Assembly: GCA_039679545.1 (NCBI GenBank)
Contig: JBDKUT010000136.1
Coordinates: forward strand, 1-16,218
Direction: 5' to 3'
Length of the DNA stretch: 16,218 bases
Source: Thermotogota bacterium
GTDB taxonomy: Bacteria; Bipolaricaulota; Bipolaricaulia; UBA7950; UBA9294
Each line of letters begins with the position of its first letter. The first letter of the stretch is position 1. Made by a program: the position numbers and the translations under genes. Positions 14,576-16,218 of the stretch are shown here, piece after piece. The notes under the pieces were generated by a model. That model was given only the letters and a program-made list of their open reading frames with translations, did no database searches and was not told the DNA's origin.

Positions 14576-16156
14576 ATGAAGCGAAGTGCAAGGATGGCCC
14601 TAGTACTCCTCTTGGGCGTGACGATGGCGCTCGCGTTCGTCGCAACGGCGTACGCGACCGATCTTGTGTACGCGCGGCCGTCGCTCGGAACGAAATTCCT
14701 CGATCCACACCAAGGTGGGAACTCGGGGCGGTACCAGAACCTGAACCTCGTCTATGACACGCTCGTCTTCTCCGACGACGGCGGCACGTTGTACCCGCTT
14801 CTTGCGGAGTGGTGGGAGGCCTCAGAGGACTACACGCAGTGGACGTTCCACCTGAGGTCCGGAATCGTCTTCCACGACGGAACGCCGCTCAACGCGGCCG
14901 CGGTGAAGTTCAGCTTTGACCGCATCGTCGGGATCGGCAACCATACCGTGGCGCAGTGGCGGTACATGGGAAAGGACTCGACGATCGAGGTCGTCGACGA
15001 CCTGACGGTGCGATTCAAGCTGTCGAAGCCGTATCCGCTTTTCCTGACGGAGCTCGTGTACGCCTGCTACGGCATCATCTCGCCGACGGCCGTCCAGCAG
15101 CATGCGACGGCGGCCGACCCGTGGGCAACTGAGTACTTCAGCAGCAACGAGTGCGGATCGGGCCCGTTCCAGTTCGTTGAGTACGTCCCAGGCGAGCGCC
15201 TGATCCTCGGGCGGAACCCCAACTACTGGGGTGGCGTCGAGGGCGTGAAGTGCGCGGCGAAGGTCGATCGCCTCGTGATGCGCATCGTCCCGGACGCGAC
15301 GACGCGCGCGATCATGCTTCAGAGCGGCGAGGTTGACATGGCGGAGCAGCTCCCCGTGGACCTGCTCGGGCAGCTCGCGACGGCGCCGGGCATCAAGGTC
15401 GAGTACTACCCTCTCCACGCCTTCGCTGAGATTCAGTTCAACGGCGGTAAGGCACCGTTCAACAACGAGAAGGTGCGGCAGGCGATCAGCCACGCGATCG
15501 ACGTTGACTCGATCATCAACGGGGTCGAGAAGGGGCACGTCCTTCCGATGTACGGGGTTGCGACGCAGGGGATGATCGGCTACGACCCGACGCGCCAGCG
15601 ACCAACCTACGATGTGGCGCTCGCGAAGCAGCTGATGGCCGAGGCCGGGTATCCGAACGGCTTCGAGACGACGCTGATCTGGGCGCCTGAGCGGCGTGCC
15701 GAGTTCGACCTGGAGGCCGTGCTGATTCAGGAGTACCTGGCGCAGATCGGCATCAAGCTGACGCTGCAGTCGCTCGCGTGGTCGGCGGAGCTCGAGAAGC
15801 AGCTGAACGCCGACTTCGACATGTCCCTGATGACGATGACCTCGGGCACGGGCGACCCGTCGTCGATCTTCGATAAGTACCTCGCGCCCCCGCATCCGGC
15901 CGCTGTCGGCCAGTACAGCTTCCGTTGGGTCGACGCGCCACCGTTTGTTGCGGAACTGGTGGAATACGGTACGACGATCTGGGATCCGGCCACGCGCCAG
16001 CACCTCTACGCCTTCCTCGATGCCGTCGGGACGGCGGCGACGGTGAACGTTCCGCTATACCAGATCCCAGTCGCGTTCGCGATGCGCAGCAATGTGCACG
16101 GATTCGTCTACGACACATTGAGGCGCGCCTGCTTCTACTTCGTGAGCAAGGACTGA
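14576..16156 (+). CDS. ABC transporter substrate-binding protein, Dpp/Opp (family 5)
   Basis: Signal peptide ending AYA; LDP, VYDTLV, PLLAE.WE.SED..WTFHLR.GI.FHDGTPLNAAAVKFSFDR, GSGPF, KVRQAISHAID, YD..LAKQLMAEAGYPNGF. Start ATG 14576 follows GGGAGG. Confidence 0.95.
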   Translation: MKRSARMALVLLLGVTMALAFVATAYATDLVYARPSLGTKFLDPHQGGNSGRYQNLNLVYDTLVFSDDGGTLYPLLAEWWEASEDYTQWTFHLRSGIVFHDGTPLNAAAVKFSFDRIVGIGNHTVAQWRYMGKDSTIEVVDDLTVRFKLSKPYPLFLTELVYACYGIISPTAVQQHATAADPWATEYFSSNECGSGPFQFVEYVPGERLILGRNPNYWGGVEGVKCAAKVDRLVMRIVPDATTRAIMLQSGEVDMAEQLPVDLLGQLATAPGIKVEYYPLHAFAEIQFNGGKAPFNNEKVRQAISHAIDVDSIINGVEKGHVLPMYGVATQGMIGYDPTRQRPTYDVALAKQLMAEAGYPNGFETTLIWAPERRAEFDLEAVLIQEYLAQIGIKLTLQSLAWSAELEKQLNADFDMSLMTMTSGTGDPSSIFDKYLAPPHPAAVGQYSFRWVDAPPFVAELVEYGTTIWDPATRQHLYAFLDAVGTAATVNVPLYQIPVAFAMRSNVHGFVYDTLRRACFYFVSKD

Positions 16157-16218
16157 GGAAGCGCAGCAGACACCAGAGGGGAGTCGGGGCGCGTCCCCCC
16201 AGGAAGAGGCCCGGCGCA

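Noticed and set aside
14822..16003. Long antisense ORFs (also 6525-7655, 2119-3000, 923-1735, 12510-13163)
   Set aside because: They lie opposite well-supported genes and have no motifs; these are typical shadow ORFs of GC-rich codon usage.

Overview
GC-rich bacterial chromosomal window, probably from an anaerobic diderm: the binding proteins carry non-lipoprotein signal peptides, Shine-Dalgarno sites are strong GGAGG types, and there are Fe-S proteins. It holds what looks like one catabolic regulon. Genes in order: the 5' end of a Dpp/Opp-family substrate-binding protein (SBP, minus, truncated); a divergent PepT-like M20 metallopeptidase; a minus-strand operon of SBP, DppB and DppC permeases, an MmgE/PrpD-family enzyme and a Cys-rich LUD-domain protein, with no ATPase; two paralogous FadR/GntR regulators flanking a secreted 8-bladed PQQ-like beta-propeller; and a plus-strand operon of regulator, PreA/DHODH-like flavo-Fe-S enzyme, nitrilase-superfamily protein, DUF3830-like protein and a third SBP. 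Three sigma70-like promoters share a tandem GGTATACY palindromic operator at the predicted start site. The most striking signals are the active-site changes. The nitrilase-fold protein has Asp-Lys-Asp in place of Glu-Lys-Cys. The PreA-like enzyme keeps its catalytic Cys and FMN motifs but lacks most pyrimidine-binding Asn residues. Together these suggest a pathway for an unknown substrate. All family calls were made by eye from motifs, and no searches were run.
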